This document shows, piece after piece, positions 53,063-64,000 of a stretch of DNA of 64,000 nucleotides. How positions within the stretch are numbered: position 1 is the first letter of the stretch; each line of letters begins with the position of its first letter. Both the position numbers and the translations under genes were made by a program. Origin of the DNA: Stegostoma tigrinum (lineage: Eukaryota). The stretch covers positions 16,894,637 through 16,958,636 of the forward strand of contig NC_081379.1 in the NCBI RefSeq assembly GCF_030684315.1. Reading direction: 5' to 3'. The notes below the pieces were generated by a model that was given only the letters and a program-made list of their open reading frames with translations, did not search any database and had not been told where the DNA came from.

Positions 53063-55023
53063 ATGCTGTGCAATGTTTTGGTTATTACATGTTATCTTCC
53101 ATCGCTCGATAATTTCCAGGTGCATGAAACAGTGCAGTTCTGTTCAGACACGAGAATAAAGCAGGTAGCCCATTTGCTAGTCTGAATTGTGGGAAATCAT
53201 TTTGTGAACGGCATTTTGAAGGTAATACATTTATTGATTGACTTCACTTGACTCTTTGCATGTTGTGAGTACCATTAAAGCCTTCTGAGTATTATAATAC
53301 ATTCTCTAATAAAAATTGCACAAGTACAAGGGAGATTTTCCTTGTTTTTCTACGCATGGAAAACAGTTTTGTTAAATTCAATGTGAGCCTGTAATCAAGA
53401 CAGTCTTAGAGCATTGCTGTATCTTCTTGGGGGAACAAACGTCAGTAGCTGCCTTGGCTTCATTTTGAAAATTCTTTCTTCTTACTACAGTAACATTTTA
53501 TCTTGCATGTTTCTAAGAGACAAAATCCTCTGTTTGGCCGCACCTTGTATAGTAGTGTCTGATTGAAGTGCTCCTGAGAGTGCCATTTTAGCCCTTTTAT
53601 GTTGTGGTTTAAAGTGAAAATTAGTAAGCTCACATACTTTTGTTTAGTGCTTAGAAAAGATTCTCTAATAGGTAACAAACCTGTTAGCTCAAAAAAAGGA
53701 TTTAGTTTGAAATTTATGTATGGGTTTACCTGATAGCTGGACAAAGGATCTGATTCTTGTATAACCTTCAGACAGGCAATGGTCAAAACGAATGTTATTG
53801 GGGAGGGAAAGATACACAAGTGCAGCTCTATGGAAGCTAATTAATCAATTTGAAAAACAAGTTTTTAACAACACCCACAGAGCAGATGCAGATCGCAGAT
53901 CTGAAGACTTAAAGATTGGTAATGGTGCCAGCAAGAAGCAGCATCGAAAAGTGTGTTGGCGGACAATTTCAACATCTGACAACTGCAGCAATCTAATTTC
54001 AATTTTGCAGCCTAAAATTAGGAAAGTTTAACAATCTTAGAACATGTGAAAATGTTAAATGTGTGAAATGGAATTTCTGATTGATGGGTATGTATTCTGT
54101 TATTTAAGAATTTGGCTGTTGGTATTGCTGGGGATTGTGGTGGTTAAATTCTGCTTTACAATATATTTTGAGCAATTAATTTTGTGGGACCTTTTGGATT
54201 TCAAATAATTTAGTTATTTGTTTTTTGTTTGGAATGTCTAACAGTGTAAAATCATTGGTTTCCTGTACCTGTTGAAAATTTAAATGCATGAGATTAACTG
54301 CACTATTCACAGAACTAATCCAGCAAAATGACATCAGCATCTTTAGTCAGTATAATTAATGGAAAACCAGCCAGCAAAGACACGGGGTGTTATGCAGAAT
54401 GAATACTGGGCTCCACTGAAAGACTGGCACTGAGCAGCGCTATGGTGAGAGCTGGACATCAAATACGGGGGAATCTTCAAGGAACCTGAACAACTCCGAC
54501 TTTGGCAGGGAATCTGAGAGTCGTGGGAGAAGTCCTGCGAGGCCCAACCTGAGTAGGAAGAAAGTTGCATGTTCCAACTAAGTTTCATATATCAAGATAA
54601 GATTTTCACTGGACAGCGATGCAATGCCGATGAAGGGAGATTGTTGCTTTTCGTTGGCTTCGTTTCACTGCATGTCTTGCATGATTGGTATGCAGCTTTG
54701 TATCCTACTGCCTACCACAAGGAAGTTTGACACTGAGAATTTCAACAAGAATGTCAGGGTGGGTACCTGGCAATTCCAGTTTGAAACTTGCTTCTTTAGA
54801 CTTCTATCTTGGACACCTGACATCAGCATCTCCAGGGTACGCTCCATGGGCATCGTTGTAAACACACCCCATTCATGTACCTTGTCATCAGACACTTGCC
54901 AGCCTCTCTGTATCATCACGGCACATGTCTGATCCACTTGCAGCATGTGTCTGCACTTTTAAAGGTTTACTTTGGGGTGAACTATCATTCCAATTCTGCT
55001 GCCCAAACAGTCTGCGTACAGAG

Positions 55024-55556
55024 TAATAAAATGTGAAGCTGGATGAACACAGCAGGCCCAGCAGCATCTCAGGAGCACAAAAGCTGACGTTTCGGGCCTA
55101 GACCCTTCATCAGAGAGGGGGATGGGGTGAGGGTTCTGGAATAAATAGGGAGAGAGGGGGAGGCGGACCGAAGATGGAGAGAAAAGAAGATAGGTGGAGA
55201 GAGTATAGGTGGGGAGGTAGGGAGGGGATAGGTCAGTCCAGGGAAGACGGACAGGTCAAGGAGGTGGGATGAGGTTAGTAGGTAGATGGGGGTGCAGCTT
55301 GGGGTGGGAGGAAGGGATGGGTGAGAGGAAGAACAGGTTAGGGAGGCAGAGACAGGTTGGACTGGTTTTGGGATGCAGTGGGTGGAGGGGAAGAGCTGGG
55401 CTGGTTGTGTGGTGCGGTGGGGGGAGGGGACGAACTGGGCTGGTTTAGGGATGCGGTGGGGGAAGGGGAGATTTTGAAACTGGTGAAGTCCACATTGATA
55501 CCATTAGGCTGCAGGGTTCCCAGGCGGAATATGAGTTGCTGTTCCTGCAACCTTTG
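55024..55556 (-). mobile_element. Neptune-type PLE 3' fragment (intron 2, antisense)
   Basis: RLQEQQLIFRLGTLQPNGINVDF, purine/pyrimidine-skewed UTR and intact hammerhead core. Confidence 0.92.
55083..55116 (-). ncRNA. Minimal type I hammerhead ribozyme motif
   Basis: The minus strand reads tctCTGATGAa-gggt(ctag)gccc-GAAACGTCag: catalytic boxes, stem II and GUC triplet are intact and stem III is vestigial. Confidence 0.7.
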
Positions 55557-55599
55557 GGCTGTCAGCTCGCTGTCCTTTACACTCATTTAAATTGAGCCT

Positions 55600-56460
55600 A
55601 TCTGGATGCTCACAGCAGGGAAGGCCTCACTCAACTCAAGGGCTCCAGGAACAGTAAGCCAAGGGCAGCCTCCAATACCAGTCTCGGGTTTTGGGCATGG
55701 TCAATGTTGAGTTCCTCATTGCATAAGTTAAGTGGAGTCAAATGTCATATATTACCTATTAAACTTTTTTCTCCTGAAATGGGAGAAAGGGAGTGAACGA
55801 GAAATTAAGGGAGATAAGATGGTGGCAAAGCTGTTAGTGCTGGTGCAGGTGGGGTGAAAAGTGGTGAGTTGTTCTGGGTGAATGAGTAGGCAGCGCAGAG
55901 GCCATGGGTGCAAAAGCGTGAGATCGGTGGGAGCAAGAGAGGGATGATTTTGTGGACAATGGTGAGAGTGGGAGAGCATGAGCTTCAGTGGAAGGTGGAT
56001 ACAGTAGCAGAGATAGTGAGTGCGGTATTAGGGGCCTTACACTGCTGAATGGCCAACACTGCATCAGCCCGTGTGGCGGCATCTGGTGTCATGGCCTCCT
56101 CTACCAGTCCTGGGGAAAGACCGTGGCTGTTCTCTGCACATCCCTATCTACAAAGCAAGACACCATTTTTCCCTTATCTGCCATTTCTTGAGCAAACATC
56201 ATGAATCATTCATGACAGTTCTGGATTGAGCATACTTTTAAAGATGGCATTGGTGCCAGGGAATGGACCTTTTCCCATTATGGTGAGTGATGAATTAGGC
56301 TAACGTTGAATGAGATGGCTGTCATTGTGTTTGGGGTAGGTGGTTAACAGGACAAGTTTAGGATGATATGGCAAGAAAGCTTGCATGGCCTTGCAGAGAG
56401 AAATCCTCCTTGAAACCCAATGAAATTGACTCTCGGCCAAAAAACAGTAAGATTTAGCCC
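55600..56460 (-). mobile_element. Possible PIF/Harbinger remnant (Myb/SANT-like fragment)
   Basis: The minus strand near 56040-56170 reads ..FVDRDV..TVFPQDW.RRP.HQ, resembling Harbinger Myb/SANT proteins. The end gggctaaatcttac is TIR-like but no partner was found. Confidence 0.35.
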
Positions 56461-57837
56461 AATAATACACATGGAGTCATGTGAATTCAACATGGCGTTT
56501 CAAGGTGCTGAACAATGTCATGGTTCAGGATAGGTTGAAAAATATTTCACAAATGAAGTTGTGTGGACTAAGCAATAAACAAAGAGCAATATGCATTGTA
56601 TATAGCATGTAGAGATTGAATAAAGCATTATATAGGGAAATTGCATAGACTGAGATTTATATTAATTGTGGTGTAGGATAGACTGATCTAATGTGCAGCA
56701 ATTAATGTTACAGCAAAGTACAAGAAGCTGAATAAGTTAATTCACAACAACTACAAGTCATTTTGCTGAGGTATGTTAGGAATGCCCAGTATAAAATGAT
56801 GATATATCATGAAGGTTGTTTAATAGTGACTGATGTCACTTCCTCTGGCAGGAGATACGTTTATCTTCTATAATTCAGCATGTTCTCTGTCTGCAGCCCT
56901 GTTCTTTTAATGTCTATTTGCAGCTTTTAGTAAATGATGCAAGGCATGATTTATTCATTTTATGAACAAACAGGAGCAGCTGGCTGTGGCTTCATCACAT
57001 CATGAAAGCTATAAAAATGTTATGGATGGAGAATTAGCTGTTTTAAAACACCTCTGGCAAATGCAAACCAGCTCTTGCAAGTTTTGCAGAATCTTATTTA
57101 TTAATCTGATTTCTGTGGTGCTGCATACAAAGAAACCCTACTTTATGCATCAGACCCTGCAGAGGTCACTCGCTGAGTAAATTTATCCACACAAATTGAT
57201 AGCCTTCAGTGACTTCTATAATATCTACTTGAGTCAAAATGTAGAATGAAAATTCACTGTGGGCACATTTGGACAATGACATGAAGAAGTAATCAGTCAC
57301 AATGCGGGTGTGCAGAAGGCCTCCACTGGAGGAGGGGTTGAGAAAGAGACTGGAGGGTGAAGTGGATGGGGGTGTTTGGTGAGTGGTTGAGCTCCCCTCC
57401 CCAGTAGAGTAACTCTTTACTCAGCCATTTGTTGCTAGGGTGGAGAGCAGTGTGCAGAAGCAATGGTAATAGTGCATGGAAGATGCCCAGTGCATGTGCT
57501 GGCAATAGGCAGTCATTTGTTTGTTGGATCCATGATGATAAGTAGATTTTTATTTTTAATCTGTGTGGCGGGAATGGTTGAATGTGCAGGTCTACAATGT
57601 CTGCAAGCCACAGAAAACACAATAGAAGTTTCTGGCAGCTGCTGTTTCATAGCTTTGTAGTGATTGTGGTACTGCAAACCTGTGTTCCTGTGCATGCACT
57701 ACCTGGTGATAGCGTTCACTATAAATGCAGCTTAGTGTAAAATAGTCGTTTTTTTTATTTCCTAGAAGGTGCCCACCATACATTTCTCCCAATTAGAAAT
57801 TCCACTGAAACCAAATCTGCATGGAGTAGAGGAATAA

Positions 57838-60465
57838 GCGGAATGGCCTAGTCGCATGATTGTTAGACTATTAATTCAGACACTTGGCTAATGTTGTGGG
57901 CACCCAAGTTCGAGTCCTGCCAAGGCAGATGGTGGAATTTGAATTTAACTTTTTAAAAAAAATCAGGAATTGAGAATCTACTGATGACCATGAAACTATT
58001 GTTGAAAAACCCATCTGGTTCACTTGTCTAGCCTACATGTGACTCCAGACCCACAACAATGTGGTTGACTCTCAGTTGCCCTCTGAAATAGCCTAGCAAG
58101 CCATTCAGTTGTACAGATCACCACACAGTCTCCAAGAAAAGAAACCGGATGGATCACCTTGTATCGACCTAGACACCAGAAAAGACAATGGCAGAAACAG
58201 CTCTGTCGCCCTTGCAAAGTCCTCCTCACTAACATCTGGGGGCTAATGCTAAAACTGGGAGAACTGTCTCGCAGACTAGCCAAACATCAGCCTGACATTG
58301 TTAGTAAGGTATGATTCCGTGAGCATGACCATGTTCCAGCCACCACCGTCACCACTTCTGGATATGTCCTGTCCCAGCAAAGGTGAGGGCACAGTGGTAA
58401 ACAGTCAGGAGGGAGTTACTCTGGGAGTCCTCAACATTGACACTGAACCCCATGAAGTCTCGTGGCTTCAGGTTAAATATGGGGCAAGGAAACCTCCTGC
58501 TGATTACAACATGCCATCCTTTCTCGGCTGTTGAATCAATACTCCTTCGTGTTGAACAACTCTTAGAGGAAGCATTTAGGATGGGGAGGTGAAGGCTTAG
58601 TGGTATTATCGCTGTACTGTTAATCCAGAGACCTAGGTAACATCCTGGGGATCTGGGTTCAAATCCCACCACAGCAGATGGTGGAATTTGAATTAAATAA
58701 ATATCTGGGATTAAGAGTTTAATGATGACCGTGAATCCATTGTCAATTGTTGGGTTCACTAACACCCTGTTGGGAATGAAGCTGTCATCCTCACCTGGTC
58801 TGGCCAAGATATGTCTCCCGTCCCACAGCAATTTGGTTGACTCTTAACTGTCCTCTGGGCAATTAGGGATGGGTAATTAATGCTGCCTGGCCACTGATGC
58901 CCTCATCCTGTGAATAAATTTTTTAAAAAGAGGCACAAAAGGACATAGCTGCTACACTGAGTCTGCAACAGGTAGTGAGGGAACCAGTTAGAGGGGAAAA
59001 ACCTACTTGGCTGCATCCTTTCAAGTCTGCTGGCTGCAGATGTATCTGTCCATAACAGTATCGGTAAAAGTGGAGACGAAGTCCCACCTTCACATTGAGA
59101 ATAACCTCCATTGTGTTGTGTGGCACTATCACTGCGCTAAATGTTACAGACTTGAAACAAATCTAGCAACGCGAGACTGGGCACCCATAAGACATTGTGG
59201 GCCATTGACAGCAGCAGAATTGTACTCTGGCACAATCTGTAACCTCATGGTCCAGTATATGACCCATCAATTTTGGCTTAATAGAGAGCGCAGGAGGGCA
59301 AGCCAGGAACAGTGCCAGGCACACCCAATGGTGAGAATGACAGCCCTTGACATCAAGGCTGTATTCAACTGAGTGTGGCAGTAAGGAACCCGAGGCAAAA
59401 CTGGATTCAGTGGGTATCGCGGCAAAACTCTCTGCTGGCTGGAGTCATACCTGGCAGAGAGGAAGATGGTCATGGTTGTTGGAGGCCTGTCATCTCGACT
59501 CCAGGATGTATTTGTAGGGGTTCCTCCAGGATAGTGCCCGAGGCCGAACCACATTCAGCTGTTTTAATCAACTACTTTCCCTCCATCGTAAGGTCACACC
59601 TGGGGATGTTCACTGTTGACGTGCACATATTCAGTATCATAATGTGACTTCTCATACAGAAGCAGTCCTTGTTCAAATGCAACAAGATCTGGACAATATC
59701 CAGGCTTGGGCTGATAAATGGCAAGTAACATTTGCGCCACACAAGTGCCAGGCTGTGACCATCACCAACAAGAGACAATCTAACCTCCCTTGAAATTCAG
59801 TGGTGTTGCCATCACTGGATTCCCCACTATCAACATCCTTGTGTTTGTCACTGAGTAGAAACTCAACTGGACTAAAAACAGTGACTATGAGATCAGAGGC
59901 TAGGAATACTGTTAAGTAACTCACCTCCTGACACCCCTGTCATCTCCAGGACCACAAGTCAGGAATGTGATGGAATGCTTCCTACTTGCCTGGATGAGTG
60001 CAGCCCCAACAACACTCCAGAAGCTTGACACCATCCAGGACAAAGCAGCCCGCTTGATTGGCACTGCACCCATGAGCATCCACTTCTTGCACCACCACTG
60101 CTGCTACTAAGCGATGATTGCGAGCTACAAAATGCATGGCAGAAATTCACAGTCAGCACCTTCCACAGCCATGACCACTTCCAGCTAGAAGGATAAGGAC
60201 AGCAGATACATGGGAGCACCAACACCTTCAAGTTCTCCTCCAAGCCACTCACCATTCTGACGTGGAAATATATTGCTATTTCTTCACTGTTGCTGGATCA
60301 AAATTCTGCAGTTCTATCCCAAATAGTATTAAGGGTCAACCCTCAGCAGGTTGACTGCAGCCATTCAAGGCAGTTCACTGCCACCTTCTCAAGGGTAACT
60401 AGGGATGGGCAATAAGTGCTGGCCAGCCATCGACTCCTGCATCCCACAAATGAATAAAAAAGAAA
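57838..60465 (+). mobile_element. tRNA-headed CR1-group LINE, full span with internal deletions (intron 2, sense)
   Basis: A-box-like tggcctagt at 57844, B box gttcgagtcc at 57908-57917, APE start NIWGLMLKLGELSRRLAKHQPDIV, RT motifs, and 3' end gggtaactagggatgggcaataagtgctggcc...atgaataaaaa. Confidence 0.85.
58591..58925 (+). mobile_element. Bipartite tRNA-SINE nested in its partner LINE
   Basis: ggcttagtggta...ggttcaaatcc head, body homologous to 57838-58085, joined directly to the LINE 3' terminus. Confidence 0.85.
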
Positions 60466-60467
60466 AT

Positions 60468-60855
60468 TTGGGTTGTCATGTTACAGCTGTACAAGACATT
60501 TGGTAGGGCCATATATGGATTAATGTGTCCATTTCTGGTCACTCTGCTATAGGAAGGATGTTATTAAACTGGAAACAGGGTTTAAGTTTAGAGAGCAAAG
60601 ATTTAAAAGGGACCAGACGGGCTATTTATCACACAGAGTGTGGTGTGTATATGGAACAAGCTGTCAGAGGAAGTGTTTGAGGCATGTACAATTGCACCAT
60701 TTAAAAGATATTTGGACAGGTTTATGGATAGGAAAGGTTTTCGGGATTTGGGCCAAATGCGAGCAAAATGGTCCTACTTCAGTACAGGAAACCTGTTGAG
60801 CATGAACAGGTTAGGCCAAATGGCCTGTTTCCATGCTGTATAATTCTATGACTTT
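60468..60855 (+). mobile_element. CR1 3' fragment with internal deletion
   Basis: LQLYKT..., F.CYRKDVIKLE jumps to RFK..., with tail ttctatgact. Confidence 0.8.
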
Positions 60856-60947
60856 GTGTAAATCTTAGCATAAACTTAATCCCATTAATTTAGTTTTCCA
60901 AGGAAAGAACTGCTTATAAGCACTTGTTTAAAAAAAACTCAAAACAT

Positions 60948-61448
60948 GTCCATGCTGGGCCTCCTGCAGTGCCATAATGATGCCACCTGTAGGTTGTGGG
61001 AACAACAACTCATATGCCACTTGGGAACCCTGCAACCTAATGGTATCATTGTGGATTTCACCAGCTTCACAATCTCCCCTCCCCCCACTGCATCCCAAAA
61101 CCAGCCCAGCTCGTCCCCGCCTGCCTAACCTGTTCTTCCTCTCACCTATCCCCTCCTCCCACCTCAAGCCGCACCTCCATTTCCTACCGACTAACTTCAT
61201 CCGTCCTCTTGACCTGTCCACCCTCCCTGGACTGACCTGTTCCCTCCCTACCTCCCCACCCATACTCTCCGCTCCACCTATCTTCTCCTGTATCCATCTT
61301 CAGCCCGCCTCCCCCTTCTCCCTATTTATTTCAGAATCCTCTCCCCATCCCCCTTTTCTGATGAAGGGTCTAGGCCCGAAACGCCAGCTTTTGTGCTCCT
61401 AAGATGCGGCATGGCCTGCTGTGTTCATCCAGCCCCACACTTTTTGTT
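60948..61448 (+). mobile_element. Neptune-type PLE 3' fragment (intron 2, sense)
   Basis: GLLQCHNDATCRLWEQQLI..LGTLQPNG. A 12-bp TSD aactcaaaacat lies at 60936-60947 and 61449-61460. The hammerhead at 61358-61385 has GTC changed to GCC. Confidence 0.92.
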
Positions 61449-62109
61449 AACTCAAAACATAACTATTTATTGGCTGTCGTGGCGCTCCAACATTTGATCC
61501 TCCATTCAAGGCAAGACCAGTGTGTGCTGTGGGGCACACCAACTCCACCCACGACCTTTAGTTACAAGTAATTATTGTATAAAATGATGCTTAAGACTAG
61601 CGCACAATTTTTAAAAAAATTCTGTTTGGAAGTAGATGTCCTTACCTCACAGATAACTCCCAGACCTGAGTTAACTTGCTAGTAGGGCAGTGCAAAGCGT
61701 GCTACAGGGGCTGTTGAACCTGAAAGCTGCTAGTGATCCATGGATTCAGTTTCTGGAAGGTACACAGGACCACCTTTTCTCCATTAACTGAAACTGACAA
61801 CAACTGGCATAAATGAATCTTTGTTATATGCATCTCAGCAGTATAATACAAATAATATTGCATCCTTCATACACTGCATAATGTAGGAACTAAAATGTTA
61901 AAGGAATTCCTTGAAGTGCTATTACACACTCCCAGTGCAAGCTGCCATACAGCACTCTGTTTGCTGGTTTGTTACGTTGTGGTTTTCCTCCTAAATATTT
62001 GAAACGAGATTAAAAAAAACTGACTTGGAATTGTAAAACACCTTTATTGCTTTCTACAAACTTTGATGTACTAACTATTTGGGGGATCTCTTTAAATTTC
62101 ACAGACTGT

Positions 62110-62500
62110 TCCTAGGTACATAAGGAATAGGTTAAATAGCATCTCAACCCACTCTGCCATGCAGAGAGGTGATCTGCAATCACCTCTCTTGCCATCATGT
62201 TTCTTCGAACCCAGGGTCAGCAAAAAAGAAAATTGCAGCTATAAAGTTGTTCTTCTCATTTGTCGTAGTTAATTGTGGAAGGGTGTTCCATACTTTGACC
62301 ATTTTTTGTGTGGGGAAGTGCTTACGAACATCTCTCCAGAATGGCTTGGATAACTTTTTATTCCCCAAAACTTTGCCTCTTCGTCTAAACTCTGCCATTA
62401 GTGCAAAACACTTGTATCTACTCTACAAATTTCCTTCGAACTTGCTTCTTTTAATCATTTTGCTCCAGGGAATATAAATCTAGATTTTACGTTCTCTCAC
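62110..62500 (-). mobile_element. Old CR1 3' fragment
   Basis: ORF 62195-62398 contains F.RDVRKHF.TQK.VKVWNTLPQ. Confidence 0.65.
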
Positions 62501-62716
62501 CCTTCCTTGGAGGCCTGATATCCAACTGTTCTTTTTCAGATATTTTCTAACCCATCTGTTCAGAGATGTTATTATACCGTTCTGGAACAGATGAGACTTG
62601 AACCCAGGACTCTTGGTCTAGAAACAGGGACACTACCACTGTTCCACCAGAGTCATTGAGCTGTACAGCATGGAAACAGACCCACTGGTCCAACTCATCC
62701 ATGCTGACCAGATATT

Positions 62717-63027
62717 AGCACAGTGGCGCAGTGGTTAGCACTGCTGCCACACAGCACCAGGAGCCCAGGCTTGATTACACCCTCGGGCGACTGTCTGCAT
62801 GGAGCTTGCACGTTCTCTCCACGTCTGCGTGGATTTCTTCTGGGTTTGCCAGTTTCCTCCCACAGTCCGAAGATGTGCAGGCTGGTTGGACTGGCCATGC
62901 TAAATTGCCCAGAGTGTCCAGGGATGTGTAGATTTGGTGGGTTATAGGGGGATGGGCGGGATGCTCTAAAAGTCGGTGTGGACTTGTTGGGCTAAAGGGC
63001 TAGTTTCCACAGTGTAGGGAGTCTACG
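62717..63027 (+). mobile_element. V-SINE (HE1-like) nested in an antisense CR1 tail (62650-62716, 63028-63090)
   Basis: gcacagtggcgcagtggttagcactgctg head, V core and gtttccacagtgtagggagtcta tail. Confidence 0.88.
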
Positions 63028-63098
63028 AAGCCTAAGTCATATCCAAAATTGATCTAGTCTCATTTGCTAGCATTTCGCCCATATCCCTAGAAAACATT

Positions 63099-64000
63099 GA
63101 TAACAAATTGTGGAGCTGGATGAACACAGCAGGCCAAGCAGCATCTCAGGAGCACAAAAGCTGACGTTTCCGGCCTAGACCCTTCATCAGAGAGGGGGAT
63201 GAGGGAACTGGAATAAATAGGGAGAGAGGGGGAGGTGGACCGAAGGTGGAGAGAAAACAAGATAGGTAGAGAGGAGAGTATAGGTGGGGAGGAGGGGAGG
63301 GGATAGGTCACTGCAGGGAAGATGGACAGGTCAAGAAGGCGGGGTGAGGTGGTGGGTAGGAAATGGAGGTGCGGCTTGAGGTGGGAGGAAGGGATGGGTG
63401 AGAGGAAGAACAGTTTAGGGAAGCAGAGACAGGCTGGGCTGGTTTTGGGATGCAGTAGGGAAGGGAAGATTTTGAAGCTTGTGAAGTCCACATTGATACC
63501 ATTGGGCTGCAGGGTTCCCAAGTGGAATATGAGTTGCTGTTCCTGCAGCCTTCGGGTGGCATCATTGTGGCACTGCAGGAGGCCCATGATGGACATGTTG
63601 TCTGAGGAATAGGAGGGGGAGTTGAAATGGTTCGCGACTAGGAGGTGCAGTTTTTTGTTGCGAACCGAGCGGAGGTGTTCTGCAAAGCGGTCCCCAAGCC
63701 TCCGCTTGATTTCCCCAATGTAGAGGGAGCCACACTGGGTGCAATGGATACAATATACCACATTGGCAGATGTGCAGGTGGATATCTGCTTGATATGGAA
63801 GGTCATCTTGGGGCCTGGGATGGGGGTGAGGGAGGACATGTCGGGGCAAGTGTCGCACTTCCTGTGGTTGCAGGGGAAGGTGCCAGGTGTGGGGGGGTTG
63901 GACGGGAGTGTGGAGCGAACAAGGGAGTCATGGAGAGAGTGGTCTCTCCAGAAGGCAGACAAGGGTGGGGATGGAAAAATGTCTTGGGTGGTGGGGTCGG
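63099..64000 (-). mobile_element. Neptune-type PLE running off the window end
   Basis: ORF 63087-63962 has PCNHRKCDTC and NVVYCIHCTQCGSLYIGEIKRRLGDRFAEH. The hammerhead core is at 63163-63190. Confidence 0.93.

Noticed and set aside
49395-64000. GRK3 exon 3 (expected GFLLFKDFC...FYEE-like)
   Set aside because: I found no matching exon by eye, so it probably lies beyond the window.

Overview
This is eukaryotic, repeat-rich vertebrate DNA, very probably from a shark (HE1/V-SINE-like SINEs, CR1 LINEs and Penelope-like elements dominate). The only host gene I can support is the 5' part of a G protein-coupled receptor kinase, GRK3/ADRBK2-like, on the + strand. Its coding exon 1 is 38883-38995, exon 2 is 49318-49394, it has a CpG-rich promoter region, and the remaining exons lie beyond the window. 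The rest is mostly non-LTR retroelements: several CR1 families, Rex1/Babar, Tx1, L2, three Penelope-like (PLE) families with hammerhead-ribozyme motifs, tRNA-SINEs and a 51-bp minisatellite. Two things stand out. (i) One Neptune-type PLE family has left a full series of TSD-flanked products (tail-less long copies, perfect hairpin mini-insertions and a tail-only micro-insertion) that share a fixed breakpoint. (ii) A CR1-group LINE carries a tRNA-SINE-like 5' head, and its bipartite SINE derivative is also present. All family names come from motif recognition by eye, not database searches, and coordinates of old repeats are approximate.
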